A DNA stretch of 64,000 nucleotides from positions 40,362,001 through 40,426,000 of the forward strand of contig OZ024747.1 in NCBI GenBank assembly GCA_964016885.1, in the 5' to 3' direction. This document shows positions 21,812 through 35,154 of this stretch, in pieces. How positions within the stretch are numbered: the stretch's first letter is position 1; every line of letters starts with the position of its first letter. Source of the DNA: Eledone cirrhosa. Its lineage: Eukaryota. The notes under the pieces were generated by a model. The model saw only the letters and a list, made by a program, of their open reading frames with translations. It was not told where the DNA came from and did no database searches. The position numbers and the translations under genes are program-made.

Positions 21812-24800
21812 TATTAAAAGCACCTAGTCCATGCTGCAAAATGGAGGGGTAAAGAGGCCCCTCAGTCCAGTAAGACAACCTCTCTAGTGCTGGTGGCATG
21901 AATAAAAGCACCCAGTCCATGATGTAAAGTGGTGCTGGTGTTAGGAAGGGCATCCAATCAGTATAATAAATGCCAAAATTATGAGCACAACAAATAAGAA
22001 TTGCAACAACTGTGTCAACAGCAATAACACTAACCATGTTAGGACTGCGCACGGTAGTGGAGTGGCTGGTGCAGCCAGGTGCAAAAAAACCCCGACAGTC
22101 GTCAAGCAATCACACAACAACAACTGCATAAACAGCAATAACACTAACCATGTTAGGGCTGCGCATGGTAGTGGGGTGGCTAGTGAGGCCATGTGTGAGA
22201 ACCCCACGGCCATCATCAGGTAATCGCGTAACAGGAAAAAGAACGAGACATCGCATCTCAGAGTTGCCACACTTAATGTTGGCACTCTAACAGGTAGATC
22301 TGGTGAGATAGCGGAGATGCTGGAGAGAAGGCATGTGGATCTGTTCTGTGTGCAAGAGGTGAGATGGAGAGGTGCCTCTGCAAGACTAATCGCAGGCAAA
22401 CATCATTAGTTATAAGCTTTTCTGGGTGGGTAATGATGATGGGTTAGGTAGAGTAGGCATATTACTGGCTGAGAGATGGATCGATAAGACAATAGAGGTA
22501 GTTAGAGTTAGTAATAGAATAATTAAGCTTAGATTAGTTGTAGGCAAGAGACTACTGACAATCATCTCTGCCTATGCTCCCCAGGCAGGCCTAGGAAATG
22601 AAGAGAAAGACTGCTTTTACGAGCAACTTTTACAAACAGCTGCAATGACAGCAGACAGAGACATCGTTATGCTAGCAGGGGACTTCAATGGACATGTTGG
22701 ACAGCTCCAGGATGGATACACTGGGGTACATGGTGAGCACAGTTATGGCTCAAGAAATGAAGAAGAAGTGAGGCTTCTTGAATTTTGTGATGCAAATGCA
22801 CTAACCATTTGCAACACTTCTAGAAGCCTACCAACCACCTAATAACCTACCAATCAGGTAAGCACATAAGCCAGATTGACTTCTTGCGAGTTAGACAGCG
22901 AGACAGACAGATGGTATCAAATACTAAGGCATACGTTAGTCGTTAGTGACATCTCAGTAAGCAAGAGAAAGAATGAGACATACAGGAAGGTGTGGAAAAG
23001 AAAGGTCTGCAAGCTAAAAGACCTTTCATTAAAATATAAATTTAGCAAAGCCCTTCGAGATGTGTATGACAAAAAGGAAGACGATTTAGAATCGTATGAC
23101 ATAGATGATAACTAGAATGAAGAAACTTGTGGTTGGGGCAGAGCTTCAACCAGACAGAGAGTGACCTGGTGGTGGAACAGCACAGTAGATAGGGCCATTA
23201 GAGACAAAAGACTGGCATGGAAGGCTTGGAAAAATGGTGGGAGTAGAGAAGGATACACAGCCGCTAAGAGAGAAGCTAGACGTGAGGTGTACTTAGCACG
23301 TAGGGAGGCTGAGAGTAGGAGATTTGCCAATGTTCTGCGACGGGAAGATCAGAAACGTGCGGTGTTCCGCATTGCAAAGCAGTGTGTCAGTACAAATCAG
23401 GATGTTGTTGGAAATAAGTGTGTCCGGAATGATGCCGGTGTACTTAGTGTCACGAATGATCAAAAAGAGGAGGCCTGTAAATGTCATTATGAGAGACTGA
23501 TGAATGTCGAGAACGAATGGGAGAGAGAGAAATTACCCCCAGTAGACTCCACAGAGGGACCAGCTATTGAGATTGATGAATATAGGGTACAAGAGGCAAT
23601 TAAGGAAATGAAGAATGGTAAGGCTGCTGGACCGTCAGGGATAGTTGTTGAGATGCTGAAGGCATCAGAAGTAGGCACTAAACTGGTTGCACACATCATT
23701 AATCAATGATGGTGTCATACCCAAAGACTGGTGCAGCAGTATTCTCAAAAATTGCTACAAAGGTAAAGGGGATGCTCTAGAGAGGAGTAATTATAGGGGC
23801 ATAAAGCTGATGGATCAGGTTATGAAAGTGGCAGAGAGAATATTAGTGCAACTGATTAGAGAAAGGATCAAATTAGATGAGATGCAGTTTGGTTTTGTGC
23901 CTCAGAAAAGTACAACAGATGCCTTCTTCTTAGTGAGGCAACTACAAGAAAGGTTCTTAGAGAAGAATAAGTCACTATACTTAGCTTTTGTTGACCTAGA
24001 GAAGGCCTTTGATAGGGTACCCCGATCTGTGATCTGGTCGTTCCTAAGGAAACTAGGTGTTGAGGAATGGCTTGTGAGAACAGTGCAAGCTATGTACAGG
24101 GGTGCGGTCAGTAAAGTGAGAATAGGAATGGAGTTTAGGGAGCAATTCCAAATACAAGTAGGTGTACATCAGGGTTCGGTCCTCAGCATGCTCTTGTTCA
24201 TTATAGTCCTTCAAGCCATAACGGAGGAGTTTAAGACTGGCTGCACATGGGAACTTCTATGCTGATGATCTGGTTCTTATAGCAGAATCAGTAGAGGAGC
24301 TAGAGAATAAATTCTGGCTATGGAAACAGCAGTTGGAATCAAGAGGCCTAAGAGAGAACATAGCTAAAACAAAAGTGTTGATAAGTAGAAGAGAGGACAA
24401 TATTCTAATTCCATCGGGGAAATGTCCATGTTCGATATGTAGGAAAGGAACTGGCATAAATTCCATAAAATGTACGCAATGCAGATCTTGAGTACACAAG
24501 AGATGTAGTGGGATAGCAGGAAAAACTAATAGGTAGGGAAAACTACATATGCAGTAGATGTACAGGGAAAGTTGGCAGTAGTAATCGCAATGATAGACAC
24601 ATTTTTCTAATGCAGGTGGGTTCTATAGAAGTGGTTGATAGCTTCCAGTACCTAGGTGATCAGATTAGCATGGGAGGGGGCTGTTCCAAGGCCATAGTAT
24701 CTAGAAGAAGGACGGGTTAGAAGAAGTTTAGGGAGCTGCTTCCTCTGTTGATAAAGAAGGGTTTCTCCCTGCGTATGAAAGGCCGGCTATATGATGCCTG

Positions 24801-25257
24801 TGTGAGATGCACGATGCTGCATGGTAGTGAGACATGGGCAGCAACTGCAGAAGATATGCGATGGCTCGAGAGAAATGAAGCAAGTATGCTCTGTTGGATG
24901 TGCAATGCCAATGTGCGTGAACGACCAAGCATAGACGAGTTGAGAAAGAAACTGGGTATAAGAGGGATAAGTTGTGGTGTGCAGGAGAGAAGGTTGAGAT
25001 GGTATGGATATGTGATGCACATGGAGGATGACCACTGGGTAAAGAAGTGCCAAGAAATCCCCGTAGAAGGAAGACACAGTAGAGGAAGACCACAAAAAAC
25101 ATGCACAGAGGTGGTGAGAGCAGACCTCAGATCGCTGAAACTCACGGAGGAGATGACGAAGGACCGTGACAAGTGGAGAGATGCTGTGCTGAATAGGACT
25201 CATCCCACCCTTGCAAGCAGGGAAAAGCGGACGTAAAATAATGATGATGATGATGAT
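21812..25257 (+). mobile_element. RTE LINE family A, near full length, disrupted
   Basis: 5'UTR, ATG at 21981, EN, RT, PHD and C-terminus collinear with 10256-13113 but with stops, frameshifts and deletions. Confidence 0.95.
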
Positions 25258-25317
25258 TAACAAACACATATATATGAAGAAAAAATATACCAAAAGCTTT
25301 AAATGATTTTAATTTAC

Positions 25318-25561
25318 CTTGAAGTAAAGGATCCCAATTGAGAATAGAGCTGCTCATGAAAACCATTCCATTTCTTGAGACAGTTGCAGGCGAAGCATTA
25401 TCTATATTATGGACTTCAAATATAATTTTGCAAAGTGGTGCCATTGGTATACGGTCACCATTTGCAAGGGTTAGTGTTTTGTTATCATCTAACACAGAAT
25501 TTAAGTTTTCAATCCAAATAGCATCAACTGGGCCATCTAAGATAATCCAAATGTGTTCCCC
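25318..25561 (-). CDS. Dynein heavy chain internal exon e (AAA2 Walker B)
   Basis: ttcag acceptor, gtaaat donor, 244 bp ending in phase 1. [40 protein letters not shown]...[15 protein letters not shown]. Confidence 0.96.
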
Positions 25562-25699
25562 CTGAATAAAGAGAATGTAGAGAAATTGAAAAATTATTCA
25601 GCTAAATCATATATGATATTAACTTATATATTATATTGTAAATTATAAGGGATAAAGCAAGCCCTTTTAATCTGTTGTATACATATAATATACAGGCAT

Positions 25700-25985
25700 T
25701 GTCTAGACTTATGACCTAGTGATTAGGGTGTAGGAGCCATAATCATAAAGTTGTAGATTCAAATACCAGACAGGGTGACATATTGTGGCCTTAATCAAGG
25801 CACTTTATTTTATGTTGCTACAGTTTATTCAACTGAAAAGAAGTAGCAGTAGCATCTGGGAGTTAGCCTAGCAACAGTCTGGCATACTGCCTTATACTCT
25901 CAGTTGCAAGATGTCCAAGAGATGAGGCTAAGCCCCAGGTTTAATCAAACTCATGCAAGTATGGAAAATTAGATGTAAAACAATA
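25700..25985 (+). mobile_element. Old tRNA-derived SINE (Meta-like body)
   Basis: Degenerate A/B boxes and ggccttaatcaaggcactttatt core; related to 37676-37925 and 29460-29630. Confidence 0.55.
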
Positions 25986-26027
25986 CCTCATAATACATAT
26001 ATAATTACACACATGGACACATATATC

Positions 26028-26350
26028 ATTATCATCATCATCGTTTAACATCCATCTTCCACGCTTGCATGGGTTTGGACGGGAATTTTCCCACTTGAGG
26101 CAAGATTGGTTGTCTTGCTCGTATAGGACTGTCTGGCGAGTTTTCTACAGCTGGATGCCCTTCCTATCACCAACCACATTTACAGTGTGGACTGGGAGGT
26201 TTTTACCGTGTTACCTACACGGCCACATTACAGCGTGGACTGTGTTTTTTTTTTGTGACACCTACATGACCTCATTTATTTCGGACTGGATGTTGTGGTA
26301 CCAACATAACTTTACAGAGAAAGGGGTGGTGTGGATGGGGTGGGGGGTGT
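26028..26350 (-). mobile_element. RTE family B 3'UTR-only insertion
   Basis: Near-identical to 20650-20960; similar short 3' ends at 26728-26960 and 36905-37062. Confidence 0.9.
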
Positions 26351-28326
26351 ATTTAAAAATATATATATATATATATCATCATCATAATCATCATTTTACG
26401 TCCGCTTTTCCCTGCTTACAAGGGTGGGACGGAAACTGATTCTTGCTTGATTTCTACAGCTGGATGCCCTTCCTAACACCAACCTCATTTACAGTGTGGG
26501 CTGGGTGCTTTTTTGCCATGGCACATCCACGACCACTTTGCAGTGGACTGATAAGGACCCCCAGTCCTATCATCTCATTTCTACAACTGAGTAAACTGGA
26601 GCAATGTGAAATAAAGTGTCTTGCTCAAGGAAACAACACATCACTCGGTCCGAGAATTGAACTCACAACCTTCCGATTGCAAGGTCAATTCTCTAACCAC
26701 TAAGCCATGCACCTTATATATATATATCATCATCATCATCATCATCGTTTAACGTCTACCTTCCATGCTAGCATGGGTTAGACGGGAATTCTCCCACTTG
26801 AGGCAAGATTGGTTGAGTGACCGTGTCTCGCTCGTATAGGACTATCTGGCAAGTTTTCTATGGCTGAATGCCCTTCCTAACACCAACCACATTTACAGTG
26901 TGGACTGGGAGGTTTTTACTGTGTTACCTATACAGCCACATTATAGCGTGGACTGTGTGTCTTTATATATGCTTATATATATATGCTTATATATATATGC
27001 TTAGAAAATGTAGAAAATCTCAAACACAGGAAGATAACTGTAAAAACAGTCTTAGAAAATTGGATGAGAGACCTCTGTGGATGGAAAAGTAGCCAGCAGC
27101 AGCTACAGAGAATTGAACACTGTACGTCTTCATAATTTTACCTGATTTTCTAAGCTGTGTTGATAGCTATCTTCTTGCAATTGAGATATTCTACATTTTT
27201 TAAATATTTCAACTCAACTCTACGTGCCTATATTTATTTACAAATCATCATTATCAACATCATTGTCATTTTAATGTCTGCTTTCTGTGCTAAGGTAGGG
27301 CAAATATATATATACATATAATAATGGTTCACAAATATAATAATATTTCTTCAGGCAATGGAATATTTTCATTTCAGAATGTAATGTTAATAGTATATTA
27401 ACATTACATTCTGAAATATATAAAATAACTTAAATGAAATGATACAGGAAATTTAACAAGTAGTATGCGGTTTTATGGAAATAGGAATAAATATTTTATA
27501 TTTATATTATAGAATCATGTCAACACATGTTTAAAATTTCAGGTAAACTGAAACGGGGAATAGATTTTGCATTAATTTTGGAATAACACAACTCAAATGA
27601 ACATATCTTGACTATCCATCAACTCTCTTACATATAAAGGAGGAGATGTCTGATGTTTCAGACAGAGCCCTTCTTCATATGGGGGAAGTTATTAGTACTG
27701 GATTAAGAAATATTGTAATATACCACAATGCAAATTCATATATCCCATACCAGAATGAAAGAATGAAAGAATGGAACAGGTGATAAAGGTGGTGTTGATG
27801 GTCATTGCTTTTATTATTATTATGATGATGAAGGCTGTGGATTGGCAGTACCAGTAGAGCATTGGACACCATGCTTCGTGACATGAAGTTACAGCCCTTT
27901 ATGTTCTGAGTTCAAATCCTACCGAGGTTAGCTTTGTCTTTCATCCTAATGGGGTCTATAAACTGGAGTCAATAAATAAAGCAATGTACTGGAGTCGATT
28001 TAATTGACCTTTCCTGCCCCTTCAAATTGCTGGCCTTGTGCCTAAAGTAGAAACAATTATTATAATGATGATGATAATAATATTAGGTCCTTTTGCACAA
28101 TTCTGGGTTTTTTCATCATCATTTATTAAATTGTCAAGGAGCCTAAATTTAGAAGATGCTATTGTTATAATTAGACCTGGAGAGGAGATTGGCTCCGCTA
28201 GGTTTAAAAATGCCCTAGAAACACTGTATGTCAATATGGCACCACCACAACTCCTTCAGGAGTTATGGGTCCACACGTACATACATTTATATAATCAACA
28301 TTTAAAGAATTAAGAATAGAAATTAC

Positions 28327-28626
28327 CTTTTTGGATTTTAGTGTCTTTCTCCATAGTGTTGAGAAAATTCCATCTGTCCAATCATTGGTAGCAACATCCA
28401 ATCTACCAAACATCTGTGGTGCTGTGATAGCTTTCGGATTCATTCTCATTTCTTTGTGAATGAGACCACATGCAGTGAGGGCTTTTTGTAAGATGCTGAT
28501 ACACTTGCTCTTACCACTACCAGAGGGCCCTAATGTCATCATACCATGTCGTACGCTCTGGGTTTCATATAATTGCACCAGTTTCAAAATCCATGGAGGA
28601 TGGACTATTAAGCCATTTTCAGTAAC
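28327..28626 (-). CDS. Dynein heavy chain internal exon d (AAA2 P-loop)
   Basis: acag acceptor, gtaatt donor, 300 bp. Contains [15 protein letters not shown] (Walker A) and [28 protein letters not shown], typical of DNAH5/8-type chains. Confidence 0.96.
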
Positions 28627-28984
28627 CTGTTAATGAAAAATGTGTGCTGTATAAATACAAGAAGCTCTAATTTCAGAAATTCCTTTTAGAAGAAATATGA
28701 GGGTCAGCTGAAAAGTTCATAGGCTGACTATGAAGGATTGATGCTAGAGCAGTGCAATCTTGCATGCATTAATTTCAACTCAAATGGCAGTGGATTGGCA
28801 GTATCGGTATAGCATCAGACACAATGCTTTGAAGCATAGAATTATGGCCCTTTACGTTCTGATTTCAAATCCTGCCAAAGTTAAGGCCTTTCATCCTTAG
28901 GGGATCAATAAAATAAAGCACCAGTGGAGTAATTGCTGGCCGTGTTTCAAAAGTAGAAACAATTAATTTCAACTCTTCTCTTTC

Positions 28985-29236
28985 TGATTCTTCTTCTTTG
29001 CCCGCTTATTCCTGAGAGGGCCGTGGGGGCAGATTCCTCAAACACTCTTTCCAAGGAGTCTTGTCAGAAGCAACTATTTCCAACTGATCCGGCTGGATCT
29101 GCTAGCAAGATCAGCCAAACTTATGGATGTTATCTAACCATTTTGCTCAGGGTCAACCCCTGGGACTCCTACCAGTTGGTTTTGCCTGTAAAATCTGTCC
29201 TGTGTTTCTTTCCTGAGACACTCTAACCACATACCA
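28985..29236 (-). mobile_element. 3' end of a third RTE family ((GAA)n tail)
   Basis: Sense strand encodes a degenerate GHVVRMSQER...KPTGRxPRGRP; second copy at ~54790-54985. Confidence 0.65.
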
Positions 29237-29868
29237 ATTTCAGTTCTTCTTATTAATAATTGTTTCTACTTTTGGCACAAGGCCAGCAATTACCCAGTGT
29301 ATTACTGGTACTTTATTTTATCGACCCCGTAAGGATGAAAGGCAAAGTTAACCTCGGTGGGATTTGAACTCAGAATGGAAAGGGCCATAACTCTTTGCAT
29401 CAAAGCATGGCGTCCGACCCTCTACCGATTATTATAATGGCATTATTTCTTTCCAGGGATTTTGTTGCTCCAGTATATTTAGCTGAAAACGAGTACCAGC
29501 AGCAACTGTGGGTTTAACCCTGCGATGGACTGGCATCCTGTCCAGTGGGGAGTCTCGCACTTTCAGTTTCTCAATGCTACTGAAAGTGGGATAAACACAG
29601 ACCTGATGAGCCTCTGGGTTTCATATACACTTTAAAATAAGATAAACTTATATAACCCATACAAGCAGAGCCAACTTAAATAGCTTATTCAGTGTGATTA
29701 GAAAAATAGATCATATTGAGAAAGATAACTGCATAGGAATTTGATTGGTAGCCAGGAAAAGATAATAAACATATAAATAAGTTAATCATGAAGATGAAAA
29801 TAACAATGAGTGACAAGAAAAAGACGATATTTTACATTCTGTAAAAGTTGACATTAGTAATTTCTTAC

Positions 29869-29976
29869 TTGTTTATAAATAGCTGCTTCTATTTGTGGGT
29901 AACCAGCTTTGTCAAGTTTCATACCAGGAAACAGATCATCAATCAAAGACATAAATAATGGCTCATCTTCATCAAC
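29869..29976 (-). CDS. Dynein heavy chain internal exon c
   Basis: ttag acceptor, gtaag donor, 108 bp. [36 protein letters not shown]; not in the ORF track, read manually. Confidence 0.93.
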
Positions 29977-30409
29977 CTAAAGCAATGCAAAAACAAAAGA
30001 ATAACTTCAAATAATTTGTGAAGAAACAATGTATGTTATGTATTTCTATATATAAAAAAACAACTATATATTATGTTTAGGGAGATCCATTTGTGTAAGT
30101 TAGATCTGCAATATATATATAAATATTATACAAGAGAAATGTGTATGTAACAAAAGTTGGTAGAATTATTTAATGCAGCATAAAAAAATGTCTACATTCT
30201 TCAACACATATTATATAAGTCATTGATCAGTGTATATAACATATATACATGACTGAAATGAAAGATTATGTAAAAAGCAGTAAAATTTACTATCATACAT
30301 GAAGCCATAGATATATACATAAATAATATCATTAGTACAACTAGTGTGTAACTCAGTTTTACAAATGTAATAAGCTGATTCATTATGTTCCTTATATATT
30401 TATATATAT

Positions 30410-30830
30410 TTATCATACACCTACGGTAGTAGGTGTATAATATTCTTAAGGTCCTATTTCGGTCACTCGCGACACCTTCAAAGCTTTGTCACTAATTCAA
30501 TTTTTGATAGAATTGGATGCGGTTTTTTGCACTTTATAGGACCACAGATAAGCTACTTTTTGACATAAAAATATTGAAATTTGGTTCAGTAGAAAAAAAG
30601 TTACATAAAAATAAGTGAGGACCAAAAGAGTGTAAGGAACTACATACATAAGTAACGCTTAGTTTGTTTCTAATTTCTAATACATTAAAATAGTGATAGA
30701 TTGTGCAATAGTGAATTGTGGTCCGGTAGCTCAGTCGGTAGAGCAGCGGACCGGCAATCCGAAGGTTGTGGGTTCGATTCCCACCCTGATTACTTTTCCT
30801 ATCTGCACTTCTTCCTATTCATTATTATTA
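30410..30830 (+). mobile_element. DINE-1/Helentron-associated-like element
   Basis: Terminal hairpin tacacctac-ggta-gtaggtgta followed by taat, resembling HINE/DINE-1 ends; carries a tRNA-like sequence. Confidence 0.4.
30720..30792 (+). pseudogene. tRNA-like sequence (anticodon GGC), probable pseudo-tRNA
   Basis: D stem GCTC/GAGC, T arm GTGGG-TTCGATT-CCCAC, anticodon stem CGGA/TCCG, imperfect acceptor stem, C at position 33, TTTT terminator directly after. Confidence 0.7.
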
Positions 30831-31102
30831 TTATTATTTAACTTTGCAGTATCGGTAGAGGGTCGGACGCCATGCCTTGACGCAAAGAGTTACGGCCCTT
30901 GCCAGTCTGAGTTCAAATCCCGCCGAGGTTAACTTTGCCTTTCATCCTTACGGGGTCGATAAAATAAAGTACCAGTAATGTACTGGGTAATTGCTGGCCT
31001 TGTGCCAAAAGTAGAAACAATTATTTAACTTATTTGTTGATAAATATTTTTATTAATATTAATATAATATATCCTTGCATTGCCTGGAAAAAAAGTGGAT
31101 TA

Positions 31103-32328
31103 CAGGGAAAAATGCGGGCGCATGTAAAGAAATATTCTTAAATTAATAAACCTAGAAAAGTAAAGGACAAGTTATTACACCTGGAAAAGTAAAGGACAAG
31201 AAAACTTCTTAAAACTTCTTAAAATATTGCAGCTAAAGTCTAAATTTGAAAAAAAATATTTAGATTATAAAACTAAAAATAAATAATTATAAGTTAATTG
31301 TTAAAAAAATATCACTTTAAAGGACTGGAAAAATGACTGTCTTATAGGGAGAGTTGACTACTGTATACTTAATTTTTTTCTTGGTGTATACAAATTAATC
31401 TTTTTAAAATAAAATTTGTACAATAATTTGTACAATAATTTGTACAATAATTTGTACAATAATTAATTAATAATAATAATAATTAATATGTACAATTTAT
31501 TAATTTATGTTATAAGATATTTAAAAATGTTCACTCTTAATCAAATTATATTTTTTTAAATTTAGTTATAAAATAATGCAGTAAAATAAATCAAAAACAG
31601 TGCATCATATAATTGCACTTTTTATGAGTATTACAGATTTTTTTTATAATATAGTAAAATTCAACATCTCAAGGGGCAAAATTAGGTAAAAGTCAATTCA
31701 TCAATTATTCATTTATAGTGAATCAATCAATTATAGTGAATTCATCAATTCATTAGATGAACTGTTGAATTAAACAATGTTTAATTTTTAATTGTAGTCT
31801 AATTTTACTCTACCTAAAAATGTAGATTGGTTATTTTGGTCTCTGATAGGTCTTAAATTTCATTATTAAACAATTATAATTTGTTATTATTTATCATTAC
31901 AGTTGGCTCCCTAATTAATTATTAATTAATTGTTAGTGTCATTTACACGCCAAAATTTTGTTTTATTTGATGCTTATAATTGTCACTCATTTTTTCAGTC
32001 CCATTTAGTAAAGTAAAATAAAGTATATTTATTTAATGACCCAACCACTATGGTGTAAATTAGGATCACAAAATTAAATAAATGATCATAAATTAGTATT
32101 ATTATCAATTAGAGAGTCAACTGTATTATTAGAATTTATCACTTTCTATGTATATTTAAATCAAATATTTTTTATTATTCAAATTTATACTATAGCTGCA
32201 ATATTTTAAGAAGTTTTAAGAAGAAGTTTTCTTGTCCTTTACTTTTCCAGGTGTAATAACTTGTCCTTTACTTTTCTAGGTTTATTAATTTAAGAATATT
32301 TATTTACATGCGCCCGCATTTTTCCCTG
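31103..32328. mobile_element. Non-autonomous TIR DNA transposon (Tc1/mariner-like, TA TSD)
   Basis: TA|CAGGGAAAAATGCGGGCGCATG...CATGCGCCCGCATTTTTCCCTG|TA; near-perfect TIRs of at least ~130 bp; AT-rich interior with (taatttgtacaa)n. Confidence 0.9.
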
Positions 32329-32344
32329 TAATATAATATGTGTA

Positions 32345-32763
32345 GTGAAGGTGCATGGCTTAGTGGTTAGAGCATTGGGCTTACAATCGAAAGGTTGTGA
32401 GTTCAATTCTCAGACCGGGTGATGTGTTGTTTCCTTGAGCAAGACACTTTATTTCACATTGATGAGATGATTGGACTGGGGTCCCTATCTTTCCACTACA
32501 AAAGTGGTCATGGAGGTGCCACAGCAAAAAAGCACCCAGCCCACACTGTAAAGTGGACGTATAGGCACCACGGAAAAAAAGCACCCAGCACTCACTGTAA
32601 ATGAGGTTGGTGTTAGGAAGGGCATCCAGCTGTAGAAATCAAGCCAGAATCAGTTCCCGTATGAGCAAGACAAGGTCAGCTGACCGGACACTGCCCACAA
32701 CAGGACAACCCAGCTAACCCATGCTAGCGTGGAAGAACGGACGTAAAATAATGATGATGATGA
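32345..32763 (+). mobile_element. SINE family 1 variant with RTE-B'-type tail
   Basis: Same head as 17541, but 3' end ...gctaacccatgctagcgtggaagaacggacgtaaaat(gat)n. Confidence 0.88.
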
Positions 32764-32769
32764 ATATGT

Positions 32770-34745
32770 AGGTTCCTGAGTGGTGTGTAACCACTCTCAA
32801 AGAAGGTACTCAATACTCTGCTATGGTATAAACATCTTTATTACATGAAAGGCACCTCAGCCAATTCATCACAGGTAAAGGTCACCAGTATAAATTCTTC
32901 TGGGTGGGTAGCAAATGAGGAGTGGATGGGAATATACGCCTAGCTGAGAAATGGGTAGACCAGGAAATTGAGGTAGTCAGAGTCTGTGATAGAATAATTA
33001 GACTTAAACTAGCCTTGGGCAATACAACAGCCACTATACTATCCATATCATCATCATCATCATCATCACCGTTTTACGTCCGTTCTTCCACGCTAGCATG
33101 GGCTAGACGGGTTGTCCCGTTGTGGGCAGTGTCTGGTTGGCTGACCATGCCTTGCTCATACAGGAACTAATTTGGCTTGATTTCTACAGCTGAATGCCCT
33201 TCCTAACACCAACCTCATTTACAGTGAGTGCTGGGTGCTTTTTCGTGGTGCCTACATGTCCACTTTACAGTGTTGGCTGGGTGCTTTTTTGCCGTGGCAC
33301 CTCCACGACCACCTTGCGGTGGGGGGTGTGGAGGCATATTGTCTATATGCTTCAGCTTGTACCCATGGGAGGTCGGGTACTCTGTATTACTGCGTGATGC
33401 CAGAGGTCACGGCCGTGTGTCATTGCCTTTGAGAGGTGTAATTGGGTAAGGTCGGCTTTTATCAGCTCATCCCAGGTCATCTTGGGTCTCCCCACTCCGC
33501 GGTTTCCATCGACTTCTAGTGCTCTGCACCTTTTTATGCAGCTGTCATCCTTCATACGCATCACATATCCATACCAGCACAACCGCCTCTCCTGCACACA
33601 GCATTTGATTCCTCTTATGCTCAGTCTCTCTCTCAATTCATTTATGCTTTGTCGTTCACATATATTACTGTTACACATCCATATGCTTCCCAAACTGGCT
33701 GTGCAAACACGCAGAAAGACTCTTTCTATGAGTTTTTTCTGCAGGCTACCTCAATGACATATGACAGTGATTTCATTATCACAAGTGGCAACTTCAGTGG
33801 ACACATTTGGAAATGCCCTAATGGATTTTCTGGTGTACAAGGAGACTACAGTATGGTATAAGAAATGGGGAGGGGTTCAGATTTCTGGAGTTTTACAATG
33901 CTCACAATTTAACCATCTGCAATACAAACTCCAGGAAACCAGTCAACCACTTGATCATTTACCAATCAGGAAGGCATACAGGTCAAATAGATTTTGTTCT
34001 CACCAGGAAACGAGATAGGCAAATGGTTGTAAATGCCAAGTTCTTTCTTGAGGAAACATATATTAATTGTCAGTGCACTTATAGTAAGGGCTAAGTGGAC
34101 CAAGAGACAAAAGCCGGTCTGAAGAAGGAAGACATGGAAGCTGAGAGAAACCTGGATAATAAATTCAGTGAGCTCCTACTTGACACTTATAACAGTAAGG
34201 AAGAGGAGTTTGATACATATAATGTATCAAACTCCTCTTGCTTTTCTCTGTTTGATACATGTAATGTATCAAACAGAGAAAAATTGGGAATTTCCATGGG
34301 ACAATCTGCTGGACTCCATGAACCAGGCCCACTGCTGGAGCAAGGTCCTAGCAAGATGGAAGATGATCTGGTGATGGAATTAAGTAGAAAGAGCCATTAA
34401 AAGAAAAGGACAAGTCTGAAGAGACTGGTGTAATGGAAGAGACAGAAAGCAATACCAGAGAGTTAGCAATGGTAGAAGCAGGAAAGAAGTTTGCGCATGT
34501 TCTACATCATAGAGAGCAGAGATGTGAAGTGTTCTGGAGAATGAGACAGTGTGCTGCAGAAAAGCATGTGGTGGGTGTGGAAAGTGTGTCTGATATGACA
34601 GTGGAGCATTTGCCCTGTCAGATGCCAAAAAGAAAGAGGCATAGTAGACTTACTATGAGAGGCTACTGAATGAGAAAAATAAATGGGGCAGTTAGGGCCT
34701 ACCCCGTGCTGACCCAACTGAGAGACCAGCCATACACTGGAGATA
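32770..34745 (+). mobile_element. Old RTE LINE fragment (EN region) interrupted by a younger RTE
   Basis: LAEKWVDQEIEVVRVCDRIIRLKL before 33045; EN resumes at ~33680. Confidence 0.7.
33047..33681 (-). mobile_element. RTE LINE family B' 3' end
   Basis: WMCNSNICERQSINELRERL...GRPKMTW plus a 3'UTR matching the 3' half of SINE 32345. Confidence 0.88.
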
Positions 34746-35154
34746 TACACTTTCAGTTTTCAGTAATCTAAACACATGAAGGAAACTGACTTCATATCTT
34801 TATAAACTTTTGAAGTCTTATCTATTATTTATATTTCATTTATATTTCATTGTGATGTAAAGAAGAAATACTTAAGTCATGTTGAGATAATTTGCATATT
34901 TCAATTATTTTGACAACTTCTACAAAATTACTAATACCAAATTTTCTAAGTTTCATGCTGGGCTGTTATATAAGAAAATGATTTCATATTATTCTAACTG
35001 CAATATGTAAATTAACTGATGTAATAATTAAGATACAATATTTATATTGCTGCAAGTTCTTACTTCTTACTATGATGGGAGGCAAAGTTAAACTAATTTG
35101 ACAATAAGTAAAAGAAAAGGAAAGAGTGGCTGACAGTTGATATCAAAATATGAC

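Noticed and set aside
31410-31462. Short direct repeats as a CRISPR-like array
   Set aside because: 12-bp tandem with no spacers in a eukaryotic transposon interior.
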